Notes under the pieces: generated by a model | Told to the model about the DNA's origin: nothing | Seen by the model: the letters and a program-made list of their open reading frames with translations, nothing else | The model's database searches: none | In this document: positions 48,185 through 57,783 of the stretch, in pieces | Layout of the letters: every line of letters starts with the position of its first letter | Numbering within the stretch: the first letter of the stretch is position 1 | Translations under genes and position numbers: made by a program | Source: Desulfobacterales bacterium | GTDB taxonomy: Bacteria; Desulfobacterota; Desulfobacteria; Desulfobacterales; UBA2174 | Reading direction: 5' to 3' | DNA: 64,000 bases | Assembly (NCBI GenBank): GCA_963668645.2 | Contig: CAXXWC010000003.1 | Coordinates: forward strand, 288,001 to 352,000

Positions 48185-50467
48185 ATGATCCGGATCCGTC
48201 ATAGCCTGATTTCGAAGCTGGTCTTTTCGGTGGGCACGGTGCTGCTGATCTCCATGGCCGTCTGGGCCTATTTCGATATCCAGTACGAACGGCGGCGGGT
48301 GATGCAAAATATCGTGTCCAGCACCGACCGGCTGACCAATACGGTGCGCCTGGGCACCCACTACGCCATGATGCTCAACAGCCGCGATGATATCAACCAG
48401 ATCATCAACAACATCGGCCGGCAAAAAGAGATCGAAAATATCCGTATCTACAACAAGGAAGGCCAGATCAAGTTCTCCAACCGCCCCGAGGAGGTGGACC
48501 GCACCACCAATATCGAGGCCGAGGCCTGCTACATCTGCCATCGCACCGATCCGCCCCGTGAAACCCTCGGACTCGACGAGCGGGTGCGCATCTTTCGCGC
48601 CCCGGACGGGCATCGCCTGCTGGGGGTCATCACGCCCATCGGCAACGAACCGGGCTGCGCCACCGGTGACTGCCACTTTCACCCGGAGGGCAAAAAGATC
48701 CTCGGCGCCTTGGATCTGGTGGTCTCTTTGGCCGATATCGACAAGGAGATCGCCCGCACCCAGCGCGGCAGCCTGGGGCTTTCGATGTTCGTCTTCCTGC
48801 TGACCTCGGCCGTGATCCTGGTTTTTCTGCTGCGCTTCGTGGTGCATCCCATCCGCAAGCTGATCGGCGGCACCCGGTCCATTGCCCAGGGCGATTACGC
48901 CGTTGCGCTGGATGTGGCCCAGGATGACGAGATGGGTCAACTGGCCCGGGCCATCACCCGGATGAGCCTCCAGATCGGCGAGAAACAGGCCGAAATCAAC
49001 AAACAGCGCGACGAGTATCAGAACCTTTTCGAACGGGTTCCCTGCCTGATCACCGTCCAGGACCGCAACTACCGGTTGCTGCGCTACAATCGGCTTTTTG
49101 ACCAGCGCTTCAACCCCAAGCCGGGGGACTTTTGCTACAAGGCCTACAAAGGACTGGATCGCAAATGCGATGTCTGTCCGGTGGAGCACACCTTCGCCGA
49201 TGGCCTGTCCCATTCGACCGAGGAAAGCGGGATCAACCGCGACGGGACCCTGAGCCATTGGATCGTACGCACGTCGCCGATATACGATGCCGAAGGGCGC
49301 ATCGTGGCCGCCATGGAGATCTCCCACGACATCACCGAACGAAAGCTGCTCGAGGTGGAACTGGAAAAGTCAGAAGACAAGTACCACGCCATCTTCGACA
49401 GCATCCCCAACCCGGTCTTCGTTCTCGATCCGCAGACCTACGAAATCCTGGATGTCAACCAGAGCGTCACCACCGTCTACGGGTGCCCCCCCGAAACGCT
49501 GGTCGGCGGCTCCTTTTTCGACCTCTTCCCCGAATCCGAGCAGGCCACCTACATGGATCGTCTGCGGGCCATGACCGCCATCAACCGGGTCCACCATCGC
49601 CACCAGAGCGGCCGCTGGATCATCGTCAATATCCGCATCTCGCCGGCGGCCTACACCCAACGCCAAGTCCTGCTGGTCACCGCCAGCGACATCACCAAAC
49701 GCCTTGAGGCCGAACAGCAGCTCATCCAGGCCGGCAAGATGGCCACCCTCGGGGAGATGGCCACCGGCGTGGCCCACGAATTGAACCAACCGCTTTCGGT
49801 GATCAAGACGGTCAGCTCATTTTTCCTCAAGAAGCTCGACAGCAGCGAGGAGATCAAACCGCGGGTCCTGGACGATATGCTGCGCAAAATCGACAAGAAC
49901 GTGGACCGGGCTGCCAAAATCATCAACCATATGCGCCAGTTCGCCCGCAAAAGCGATCTCGGGTTGGAATCGGTGGCCATCAGTCAGGTCATCGAAAACG
50001 CCTTTGAGATCTTCAGCCAGCAGCTCAAGGTCCGCGGCATCGAGGTCGAACGGGACCTGGCCGACGGTCTGCCGCGCATCAAGGCGGATCCAAGCCGCTT
50101 GGAGCAGGTCTTTATCAACCTGCTGCTCAACGCCCGCGACGCCATTGAAGAGCGCGCCGCCGGCCAGACAGACCCCCATATCGAACGGCGTATCCGGCTG
50201 ACCACCCGCCGGGCCGGGGACCGGGTGATATGCCAGGTCTGCGACACCGGCATCGGCATGCCCCCTGAGATTGCCGAAAAAGTGTTCGAACCATTTTTTA
50301 CCACCAAGGAGGTGGGCAAGGGGACCGGCTTGGGGCTATCGATCAGCTACGGCATCATTCAGGAGTGCGGCGGCACTATCCGGGCGCTCTCGCTTGCAGA
50401 AGGCGGCGCCTGCTTTGAGATGAATTTCCCGGTGGAGGAAAACCCACATGACCACGACCGCGATTGA
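48185..50467 (+). CDS. Membrane histidine kinase with periplasmic heme-c motifs, HAMP and two PAS domains
   Basis: Two TM segments flank CYICH and CATGDCH; HELNQP; GTGLGL. Confidence 0.92.
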   Translation: MIRIRHSLISKLVFSVGTVLLISMAVWAYFDIQYERRRVMQNIVSSTDRLTNTVRLGTHYAMMLNSRDDINQIINNIGRQKEIENIRIYNKEGQIKFSNRPEEVDRTTNIEAEACYICHRTDPPRETLGLDERVRIFRAPDGHRLLGVITPIGNEPGCATGDCHFHPEGKKILGALDLVVSLADIDKEIARTQRGSLGLSMFVFLLTSAVILVFLLRFVVHPIRKLIGGTRSIAQGDYAVALDVAQDDEMGQLARAITRMSLQIGEKQAEINKQRDEYQNLFERVPCLITVQDRNYRLLRYNRLFDQRFNPKPGDFCYKAYKGLDRKCDVCPVEHTFADGLSHSTEESGINRDGTLSHWIVRTSPIYDAEGRIVAAMEISHDITERKLLEVELEKSEDKYHAIFDSIPNPVFVLDPQTYEILDVNQSVTTVYGCPPETLVGGSFFDLFPESEQATYMDRLRAMTAINRVHHRHQSGRWIIVNIRISPAAYTQRQVLLVTASDITKRLEAEQQLIQAGKMATLGEMATGVAHELNQPLSVIKTVSSFFLKKLDSSEEIKPRVLDDMLRKIDKNVDRAAKIINHMRQFARKSDLGLESVAISQVIENAFEIFSQQLKVRGIEVERDLADGLPRIKADPSRLEQVFINLLLNARDAIEERAAGQTDPHIERRIRLTTRRAGDRVICQVCDTGIGMPPEIAEKVFEPFFTTKEVGKGTGLGLSISYGIIQECGGTIRALSLAEGGACFEMNFPVEENPHDHDRD

Positions 50468-51626
50468 CCGTACCATTCTGTTGGTGGACGACGAGCCGGA
50501 CATCCGCGACGTCCTGCAGCTTTCTCTGGAGGACATGGGCTACGCGGTGCACACCGCCGACAATGGCGAAAAGGCCCTGAGCCTCTTCCATGACCTGCGG
50601 CCGCCCATCGTGATGACCGACATCAAGATGCCGGTTCTCGACGGCATCGAACTGCTGCGGCGCATCAAACAGATCAATCCGGAAACAGAGGTCGTGATGA
50701 TCACCGGCCACGGGGATATGAAGCTGGCCATCGAAAGCCTTAAAAACGAGGCCACCGATTTTATCACCAAGCCGATCAACATCGACGCGCTGGAAATCTC
50801 TCTCAAACGCGTGGCCGAGCGCATTCTGGTGCGCCGGCTGCTGCGGCAATACACCGAAAATCTCGAACGGCTGGTACGTGAAAAAACCGAACTGCAGGAC
50901 CACCTCTCTTCTTTGGGCCTGATGATCGGATCTATCTCCCACGGGATCAAGGGGTTGCTGACCGGGCTGGACGGTGGGGTCTACCTGGTGGACGCCGGCT
51001 TTCGCCGTGACGACCTCAATCAGGTGCGTGAGGGATGGGGCGCGGTCAAATCGGTGGTCGAACGCATCCGGCGCATGATCAACGACATTCTTTTTTACGC
51101 CAAGCGGCGTGAACTCAAGTGGGAGCGCATCGACGCGCAGGCATTTGCCCAGGAGATCGCCGCGGTTTTCCAACCCAAGGCCCAGGCCCAGGGGATCGAA
51201 TTCGAACGGCGCTTCGATCCGGCCGCCGGCACGGTGCAGATCGATCCGGGCTACGTCCACTCGGCCCTGGCCTGTATTCTGGAAAACGCCATCGAGGCCT
51301 GCCTGCGCGACGACGGCAAGCCGGCCCATCGCATCGTGTTCGGCGTACAGGCTGATCAGAACGAGGTGCTTTTCTCGATCCAGGACAACGGCACGGGGAT
51401 GGATCCCGAAACCCGCGAGAAACTCTTCACTCTCTTTTTCTCATCCAAGGGCAAGGGTGGAACGGGCCTGGGACTCTTTGTGGCCGATAAGATAGTAAAC
51501 CAACACGGGGGGACCATCAACGTGGATTCGGTCCTGGACCGCGGCACGCGGTTTGTGGTGCGGATTCCCCAGGCGTCGGCGCAAAGCGCGGCGCAGGACC
51601 GGCCGCCACCGCCCGCCGAGAATTGA
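50448..51626 (+). CDS. Hybrid receiver-histidine kinase
   Basis: REC (VDDE, TDIKMP, TGH, TKP), SHGIKG His box, ENAIEA, DNGTG, GTGLGL. Confidence 0.9.
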   Translation: MTTTAIDRTILLVDDEPDIRDVLQLSLEDMGYAVHTADNGEKALSLFHDLRPPIVMTDIKMPVLDGIELLRRIKQINPETEVVMITGHGDMKLAIESLKNEATDFITKPINIDALEISLKRVAERILVRRLLRQYTENLERLVREKTELQDHLSSLGLMIGSISHGIKGLLTGLDGGVYLVDAGFRRDDLNQVREGWGAVKSVVERIRRMINDILFYAKRRELKWERIDAQAFAQEIAAVFQPKAQAQGIEFERRFDPAAGTVQIDPGYVHSALACILENAIEACLRDDGKPAHRIVFGVQADQNEVLFSIQDNGTGMDPETREKLFTLFFSSKGKGGTGLGLFVADKIVNQHGGTINVDSVLDRGTRFVVRIPQASAQSAAQDRPPPPAEN

Positions 51627-51629
51627 CGT

Positions 51630-52556
51630 TTACAGGCAACCGCCGGCCTGCAGACCATCTTCGGGTGTATTGGGTGCATTTTCGTGCAAGATCGAAATGA
51701 TCTGCCCCAGGCAGGCATCGGCCCGGGATGCATCGATATTGCACCCGCCCGCCCCGCGATGCCCCCCCCCTTCGAAAGCCGATAGCATCACGCCCACATT
51801 CACGTTGCAGGTCCGATTGAAGATGCTGTGCCCCACGCTGATCGAAACCCGCTGCGGGTTGCGTGCATCGCGGCGGGCCTTGACATGCACCGAGCACTCG
51901 GGGAACAGGGAATAACTCAAAAACCGATTGCCGTCCGGCGCATCAGGGTGCGATCGCATGTCCGTGACGGCCACATGGTCGTAAAGTTTGGTGTAGGCCA
52001 AAAGAAAATCGCGGTAGCGCTGATTGTTTTCCACCACCTGCCGACAGCGGTCCTTGACCGGCTCCAGGGCCATCACCGTCTCGATGGATCCCGTACCCAG
52101 CTCGTCGACCAGCAGATTCCAGTAAGGCTCATCCTTGCGCTCCCGTCCCGAAATCGTCATCGAGAGCAGGATGTAAGGATAGCGCTCCGGACTCTGGACC
52201 TCATCGAGGGTCAATTCGGCGGCATCGATCTTGTCGGCCTGGCGCACCAACTCGCTGAACCGGGACTCCAGCCGCTGGCGATAAAAATCGTGGATCACGC
52301 CGGCCGCCGAAGGCGCCAGGCGCCAGGCGCCGCGGAAGGAGGTCTGGATCTGATTGGAAAAATGATGGTCGAACCAGAGGCTGCAACGCGGGTCATAGGG
52401 CAGATTGGCAAGGATATCGCCCTGGCAAATCTGCGCCGTGCCCTTTTGAATTTCGCTCGGTTCGACCCAGTAGATGGGCAAGGTGACGGTTTCGGCCGCC
52501 TGGAGCAGGACGGCGCACACAATACCGTCAAAATCGGGTCGGGTAACGATTCGCAT
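51630..52556 (-). CDS. DHH-superfamily phosphoesterase (exopolyphosphatase/nanoRNase-like)
   Basis: TRPDFDG, WFDHH, PSAA, GGGH. Confidence 0.8.
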   Translation of the reverse strand: MRIVTRPDFDGIVCAVLLQAAETVTLPIYWVEPSEIQKGTAQICQGDILANLPYDPRCSLWFDHHFSNQIQTSFRGAWRLAPSAAGVIHDFYRQRLESRFSELVRQADKIDAAELTLDEVQSPERYPYILLSMTISGRERKDEPYWNLLVDELGTGSIETVMALEPVKDRCRQVVENNQRYRDFLLAYTKLYDHVAVTDMRSHPDAPDGNRFLSYSLFPECSVHVKARRDARNPQRVSISVGHSIFNRTCNVNVGVMLSAFEGGGHRGAGGCNIDASRADACLGQIISILHENAPNTPEDGLQAGGCL

Positions 52557-52693
52557 CGTTTTTCAATAGCGGGAATGCGCCCCCATTTCAAGAACGGATT
52601 CGACCCGTTGGTATCATTTGACAGGCGCCCCCCCTTCCCCTATGGTTCCAGACGAAACCTTGATCCCCGGATTCATTCCCATAAGGAGCGCCC

Positions 52694-54163
52694 ATGATCG
52701 AAATCGATTCCCTTCAGATAAAAAAAGCGGCCCTGGAAACCTTGGCCGTCGCCGTCTGTGAAGACAAGGACCTCAACCAGGGGCCGGTGGCCGCACTGGT
52801 GGAAGCCGCACGCGAGGTGGAAACCGTCAAGGGCGAAAGCGGCGAAATGATCGTGGTGCACCGACCCGCCGGTTTTCGCCTCCAACGGGCCATCTTCGCC
52901 GGTCTGGGCAAGGCGGGCGCCATCGATGCCGAGGCCTTGCGCAAATGGTCAGGCAGGGCGGTCAAATATGCCATGGAGCGCCATCTTGCGGCCATCGACA
53001 TCGCCGTTCCTGATCCGGCTGCCCTGGCCCTGGATCCGGCCGTGGCCATCAAAGCCCTGGCCGAAGGCGCCGGCCTGGCCAACCAGGTTTTCGATCTTTA
53101 CAAACAGGAACAAAAGCTTCGTCCCCTGGAGAGGATTCGCCTGCTCACAACCGCCAAGCTGGCAAAGGCGCATGCGCCACTGATGGAGCAAGTGACCACG
53201 ATTTGCGCCGGCAGCGCCATGGCCCGCACTTGGGTGAGCATCCCTTCCAACGACAAGGTTCCCCAAGCCTTTGCCCGCACTGTCGCCGATGCCGGACGGC
53301 AAGCCGGCCTGAAGGTGACCGTACTGGACGAAAAGGACTTGGCCCAGCACGGATTCGGTGCCCTGCTGGCCGTGGCCGCGGGCAGCCGCAACCGCCCGGC
53401 TCTGGTGATTTTGGAGCACCGGCCGGAAAATGCCCAAAAAACCATCGCCCTGGTGGGAAAAGGGGTCACCTTCGACTCGGGGGGGATCAATCTCAAGCCC
53501 TCGGGTTCCTCCATCGAAGAGATGAAGATGGATATGGCCGGCGCGGCGGCCGTGGCCGCCACCCTGATCACGGCCGCGCGCCTCCACAGTGCGGTGAACA
53601 TCATCGGGGCCTTGCCGCTGGTGGAAAACATGCCTTCCGGCACGGCCACCCGACCGGGCGACATCGTCAAAACCTACGCCGGCAAGTCCGTAGAGATCGG
53701 CAACACCGATGCCGAGGGCCGCTTGATCCTGGCCGACACGCTGGCTTACGTCATCGACAAGTTCAGGCCGGATCGGCTCATCGATCTGGCCACCCTGACC
53801 GGGGCTTGCGTGGTGGCGCTGGGCGAAAAAATCGCCGGGCTTTTCGCCACCGATGAAGAACTGGCCGAACAAATCCTTGCGGCCTCTGCGCGTACCGGAG
53901 AGCGCTGCTGGCGCTTGCCGCTGCCCGAGGACTATAAAGAACAACTCAAGAGCGAATTCGCCGATCTGAGCAACATGGGCGCCACGCGCTGGGGCGGGGC
54001 GATCACCGCGGCCCTTTTTCTTGCCGCTTTCACGGGAAAATCGCCCTGGGCCCACATCGACATCGCAGGGCCGGCCTATGTCAAAAAACCGGCCGATTAT
54101 GGACCGGCCGGCGGAACGGGCTTCGGGGTACGGTTGCTGCTCGATCTGATCGAAACATTATAG
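52694..54163 (+). CDS. pepA: Leucyl aminopeptidase (M17)
   Basis: GKGVTFDSGG, MKMDMAG, NTDAEGRL.LAD, ATLTG, HIDIAG. Confidence 0.96.
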   Translation: MIEIDSLQIKKAALETLAVAVCEDKDLNQGPVAALVEAAREVETVKGESGEMIVVHRPAGFRLQRAIFAGLGKAGAIDAEALRKWSGRAVKYAMERHLAAIDIAVPDPAALALDPAVAIKALAEGAGLANQVFDLYKQEQKLRPLERIRLLTTAKLAKAHAPLMEQVTTICAGSAMARTWVSIPSNDKVPQAFARTVADAGRQAGLKVTVLDEKDLAQHGFGALLAVAAGSRNRPALVILEHRPENAQKTIALVGKGVTFDSGGINLKPSGSSIEEMKMDMAGAAAVAATLITAARLHSAVNIIGALPLVENMPSGTATRPGDIVKTYAGKSVEIGNTDAEGRLILADTLAYVIDKFRPDRLIDLATLTGACVVALGEKIAGLFATDEELAEQILAASARTGERCWRLPLPEDYKEQLKSEFADLSNMGATRWGGAITAALFLAAFTGKSPWAHIDIAGPAYVKKPADYGPAGGTGFGVRLLLDLIETL

Positions 54164-54179
54164 AGCCGTTTAAAAACTC

Positions 54180-54833
54180 ATGAACCTGTTGATCATCGTT
54201 ATCGCCGTCATTCTGCTCGCCCTGACCCTTTTTTTCGAAAATCGCGGCCAATGGCGGCGTTACCTGATTTTCAAAAGCATCCTATCCGGGCTTTTTATCA
54301 CCGTTGCCCTTGTCCAACCCCATCCGCTGGCCAGCTATTTTCACGCCATTCTGGCCGGCCTGATCCTATGCATGGCCGGCGACATGCTACTGGCCGTCCC
54401 CGGCCAGAAGGCCTTCCGGCTTGGCCTGGTTGCCTTTTTGCTCGGCCATCTGGGATACGTCCTGGCATTTGTACGCGTTTCGACCCCCAGAGGGTTGATA
54501 TTCTGGTCCGGGGCGGTGGGGATACTGATCATCAGCGCCTTTGTCTTTCACTGGCTGGAGCCGTTTTTGGGGCGCATGCGCAGGGCCGTGCTGGCCTATG
54601 TGGCGGTGATCAGCCTGATGCTCATCACCGCCCTGGCCGTAGCGGTCAATCCGGGCCTGCAAGCGGCGGGACGAACGCTGATTCTCACCGGCGCCGGCCT
54701 GTTTTACGTCTCGGACCTATTCGTGGCCCGCAACCGTTTCGTCAGGGCCCAGTTCAGCAACCGCCTCTACGGCCTGCCGCTCTACTACGCAGGCCAGTTC
54801 ATGCTGGCCTTTTCAGTGGGCCTGATCCTGTAA
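54180..54833 (+). CDS. yhhN: Lysoplasmalogenase-like membrane protein (YhhN)
   Basis: Multi-TM; GDMLL, GL.AFL.GH..Y, LF.VSD, YY.GQ. Confidence 0.85.
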   Translation: MNLLIIVIAVILLALTLFFENRGQWRRYLIFKSILSGLFITVALVQPHPLASYFHAILAGLILCMAGDMLLAVPGQKAFRLGLVAFLLGHLGYVLAFVRVSTPRGLIFWSGAVGILIISAFVFHWLEPFLGRMRRAVLAYVAVISLMLITALAVAVNPGLQAAGRTLILTGAGLFYVSDLFVARNRFVRAQFSNRLYGLPLYYAGQFMLAFSVGLIL

Positions 54834-54843
54834 AATCATCCGG

Positions 54844-55344
54844 CTACCATCCGAAGATGCGCACCACGGCGCGCGGCAAAAGAAACCGAAAAGTGGCCGC
54901 CTCAGTGTCGCTGATGGGGCATCGGGCCTTCTTGTCGCCCCGGCTCATGGCCATGAAAAAGCCGAAGTGCTCGCCTTTATTCAGCTGCAAGACGCTCTTG
55001 GGCAGGGTGCCCGGCGTACCGTCGCCCCGCGCCTTGTTGGGATCATGGACAATCTTGCACACATCGCCGCGCAAACCACCCAGGATCTGCTGAATATCGG
55101 CTTCGGATAATTTCATCGAAACCTTGTTGGCCCAGTCGTATACCGTGTTGCCGCGGCTGTCGGTACCGCCGGTGGCGTTGGCCATCTCCAGCATCAAATA
55201 TCCTTTTTTAAGAACCCGAACCTCTCCGCTCTGAGTGGAAAAACTGACCCCGGCAAAGCAGGCCGGCTGCAAGGTCAACTGGAGCGATCCGGTACGGTTG
55301 TGGATCTTGAACGCGGGATATTGGACTTGAGGACGAAAGTCCAT
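54844..55344 (-). CDS. Whirly-like putative ssDNA/RNA-binding protein (166 aa)
   Basis: AGGAGG RBS; motifs G.LML.MA.A.G, YDW..K...LS...I, C.I.HDPNK, C-terminal FGW shared with plant Whirly domains. Confidence 0.7.
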   Translation of the reverse strand: MDFRPQVQYPAFKIHNRTGSLQLTLQPACFAGVSFSTQSGEVRVLKKGYLMLEMANATGGTDSRGNTVYDWANKVSMKLSEADIQQILGGLRGDVCKIVHDPNKARGDGTPGTLPKSVLQLNKGEHFGFFMAMSRGDKKARCPISDTEAATFRFLLPRAVVRIFGW

Positions 55345-55821
55345 GGGAGGCGCCTCCTTTGGGGTTTCGGGCCAAGTTTGATGCACCCGTTAAATTATTC
55401 GCTCAAGGGCCCGTCGAGCAAAGGTCCTTAGGCCGCAATGGCTTGGATGGCACTAGCAATTTTCATACCGCGTGACGGCCGGCGACCATTCGGTGGTATC
55501 CGGCCGCTCCAGCCGGCGGAACACGGTGGTTTCCAGTACTGCGCAAGCCGCAGGCAGGGCGGCCTGCGGGACCTTCAAGGAAGAAAGTGCACATTCCAAG
55601 AAGCGCCAAACGCACATCCGGCGTGCAAACGCGGATAGTCGCCACAAGGTCTCCAACACGGGATCCACCTGCCGAATCCCGTGTCTTTCCCTTTTGTTCT
55701 GCCATGATTTTTCCCGAATTGGCCCGATCTTCGGCATGGGGGTTTGACCCTGGCGCCGTCTCGTAGTAAATACGGTTCGCTTCCCCTAAAAAAACCTTAC
55801 GAACCGACAGGAGTGGCCCTC

Positions 55822-57741
55822 ATGGACGATCCGTTGTTGTGTACCTGGAAAGGTTGGACCGGTCAGTTTGGCACCAAGAACCCCGGGCGTACCGGCGAAA
55901 ATACCGATTCGCCGCCTTTCAAGGCCCTGCTGGGCTGGAAAGGGCTCGTCGTCTGGGATGAAGACATCGATCCCGTGGACTTGCTGCGGGCCTATGTGGA
56001 AAAAGTCAAAATGGAATCCTGTGGGCAGTGTACGCCCTGCCGTGAGGGAACCGAACGCCTCGATGCCATCATGGAACGGATCTGCGCCGGCCAGGGGCGG
56101 CCCAGCGACCTGGAAGAGATCCCGGTTCTGGCGCGCTTCGTTTCAGACACGGCGCGCTGCGACGTCGGATTGAACCTTGCCCGGCCGACCATCGAGATCC
56201 TGAATCATTACCGCGGCACGTTCGAAGCCACCATCCGGGAAAATCGCACCGTGGCTCGCGGACAGTACGAAGCCACGGTAACCGCACCGTGCATGAGCGC
56301 CTGTCCTTCCAACGTCGATATCCCCGCTTACATCGAGGCCGTGCGTATGAACCGGCTGCAAGAGGGGCTGGCCGCCGTACGCCGGGATTGTCCCATGCCG
56401 GGCACCATCGGCCGCGTTTGTGTGCGCCCCTGCGAGGCGAACTGCCGCCGCGGACGTCTGGACCACCCCATCGCCATTCGTTCTTTAAAGCGCTTTCTGG
56501 CCGATCATGAAATGCGCACCGGTGCCCTGCCGTCACTCGAATCCATCCCCCAGCGCGAAGAGCGGATCGCCGTGGTCGGTGCCGGCCCGGCCGGAATCTC
56601 CTGCGCCTACTATCTGGGTCTCCAGGGGTACCAGACCACGATTTTCGAGGCTCAGGAAAAGGCCGGCGGCATGGCCTCGTTCGGCATTCCCTCATACCGC
56701 CTGCCCCGGGAAATCATCGCCTACGAGGTCGCCCTGGTGGAAAAACTCGGTGCCGAAATCCGCTACGGCGTCAAGGTGGGCGAAGACGTGAGCATCGAGG
56801 AGTTGGGCAAGCAGGGCTACCGGGCGGTCTTTCTGGCGGTCGGGGCTCCCGAGTCGTCCAAGATGCGCTGCGAAGGCGAGGATGCCGGCTACGAATGCTT
56901 CATGACCGGAATCCACTTTTTGGGTGAGGTCGCCCGGGGCCGGCGCCCCGTGGAAGGCAAAAAGCTGGTGGTTGTGGGCGGCGGCAACGTGGCCATGGAC
57001 TGTGTGCGCTCGGCCCTGCGCATCGGCTTTACCGATGTCAATCTGCTCTACCGGCGTACCGAAGCCGAAATGCCGGCCGACCCGCAGGAGATCCACGAAG
57101 CCCAGGAAGAGGGCGTCAAGTTCCATTACCTGGTGGCCCCGGTAAGCATCGTCCACAAGGACGGAAAGGTCAGCGGGCTGGAGTGCCAGCGTATGGCCCT
57201 GGGCGAGCCGGATCGCTCCGGAAGGCGGCGTCCCATGCCGATTGAAGGCTCGCAGTTCGTGATCGATTGCGACGTGATCATCCCGGCGGTGGGCCAGATC
57301 TGTGTGGTGGATTGTGTCCTGCCCGAATCCGACGCGCTGACCGCCTGGAAGACCCTGGTGGTCGATCAGATGACCTTCCAGTCCAAAACACCGGAGGTTT
57401 TCGGCGGCGGTGACTGCGTCACCGGCCCCTCGACCCTCATTGCGGCCCTGGCCGCCGGCAAGAAGGCCGCGCGCCACATCGCCCAGTACATCGAGCACGG
57501 CGCCGCACAGCCCACTGCCAACGAGATGCTGCAAACCCTGGTCAACGCCAGCGGGGTCTTCGAACCGCAGGAAACCTTCGCCTTCCAGGGCATCACAGAC
57601 CGGGCCGAGCCGCCCGTGATGGACCCCGAAACGCGCAAGACGAATTTCGAGGAAGTCGAAAGCGGCCTCGGGCTGGCCCAGGCCACCGCTGAAGCGTACC
57701 GCTGTCTGCGCTGTTATCGCATCGCCGTGGCGGCGATCTGA
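55822..57741 (+). CDS. FAD/Fe-S oxidoreductase: NuoF-type 4Fe-4S domain fused to GltD/NfnB-like module
   Basis: ESCGQCTPCREG, C...CP, GRVCVRPCE, GAGPAG, GGGNVAMD, RCLRC. Confidence 0.88.
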   Translation: MDDPLLCTWKGWTGQFGTKNPGRTGENTDSPPFKALLGWKGLVVWDEDIDPVDLLRAYVEKVKMESCGQCTPCREGTERLDAIMERICAGQGRPSDLEEIPVLARFVSDTARCDVGLNLARPTIEILNHYRGTFEATIRENRTVARGQYEATVTAPCMSACPSNVDIPAYIEAVRMNRLQEGLAAVRRDCPMPGTIGRVCVRPCEANCRRGRLDHPIAIRSLKRFLADHEMRTGALPSLESIPQREERIAVVGAGPAGISCAYYLGLQGYQTTIFEAQEKAGGMASFGIPSYRLPREIIAYEVALVEKLGAEIRYGVKVGEDVSIEELGKQGYRAVFLAVGAPESSKMRCEGEDAGYECFMTGIHFLGEVARGRRPVEGKKLVVVGGGNVAMDCVRSALRIGFTDVNLLYRRTEAEMPADPQEIHEAQEEGVKFHYLVAPVSIVHKDGKVSGLECQRMALGEPDRSGRRRPMPIEGSQFVIDCDVIIPAVGQICVVDCVLPESDALTAWKTLVVDQMTFQSKTPEVFGGGDCVTGPSTLIAALAAGKKAARHIAQYIEHGAAQPTANEMLQTLVNASGVFEPQETFAFQGITDRAEPPVMDPETRKTNFEEVESGLGLAQATAEAYRCLRCYRIAVAAI

Positions 57742-57783
57742 ACGGCCGGGACATCGAAGATATTGCCTGGGGCCTGACTTGGA

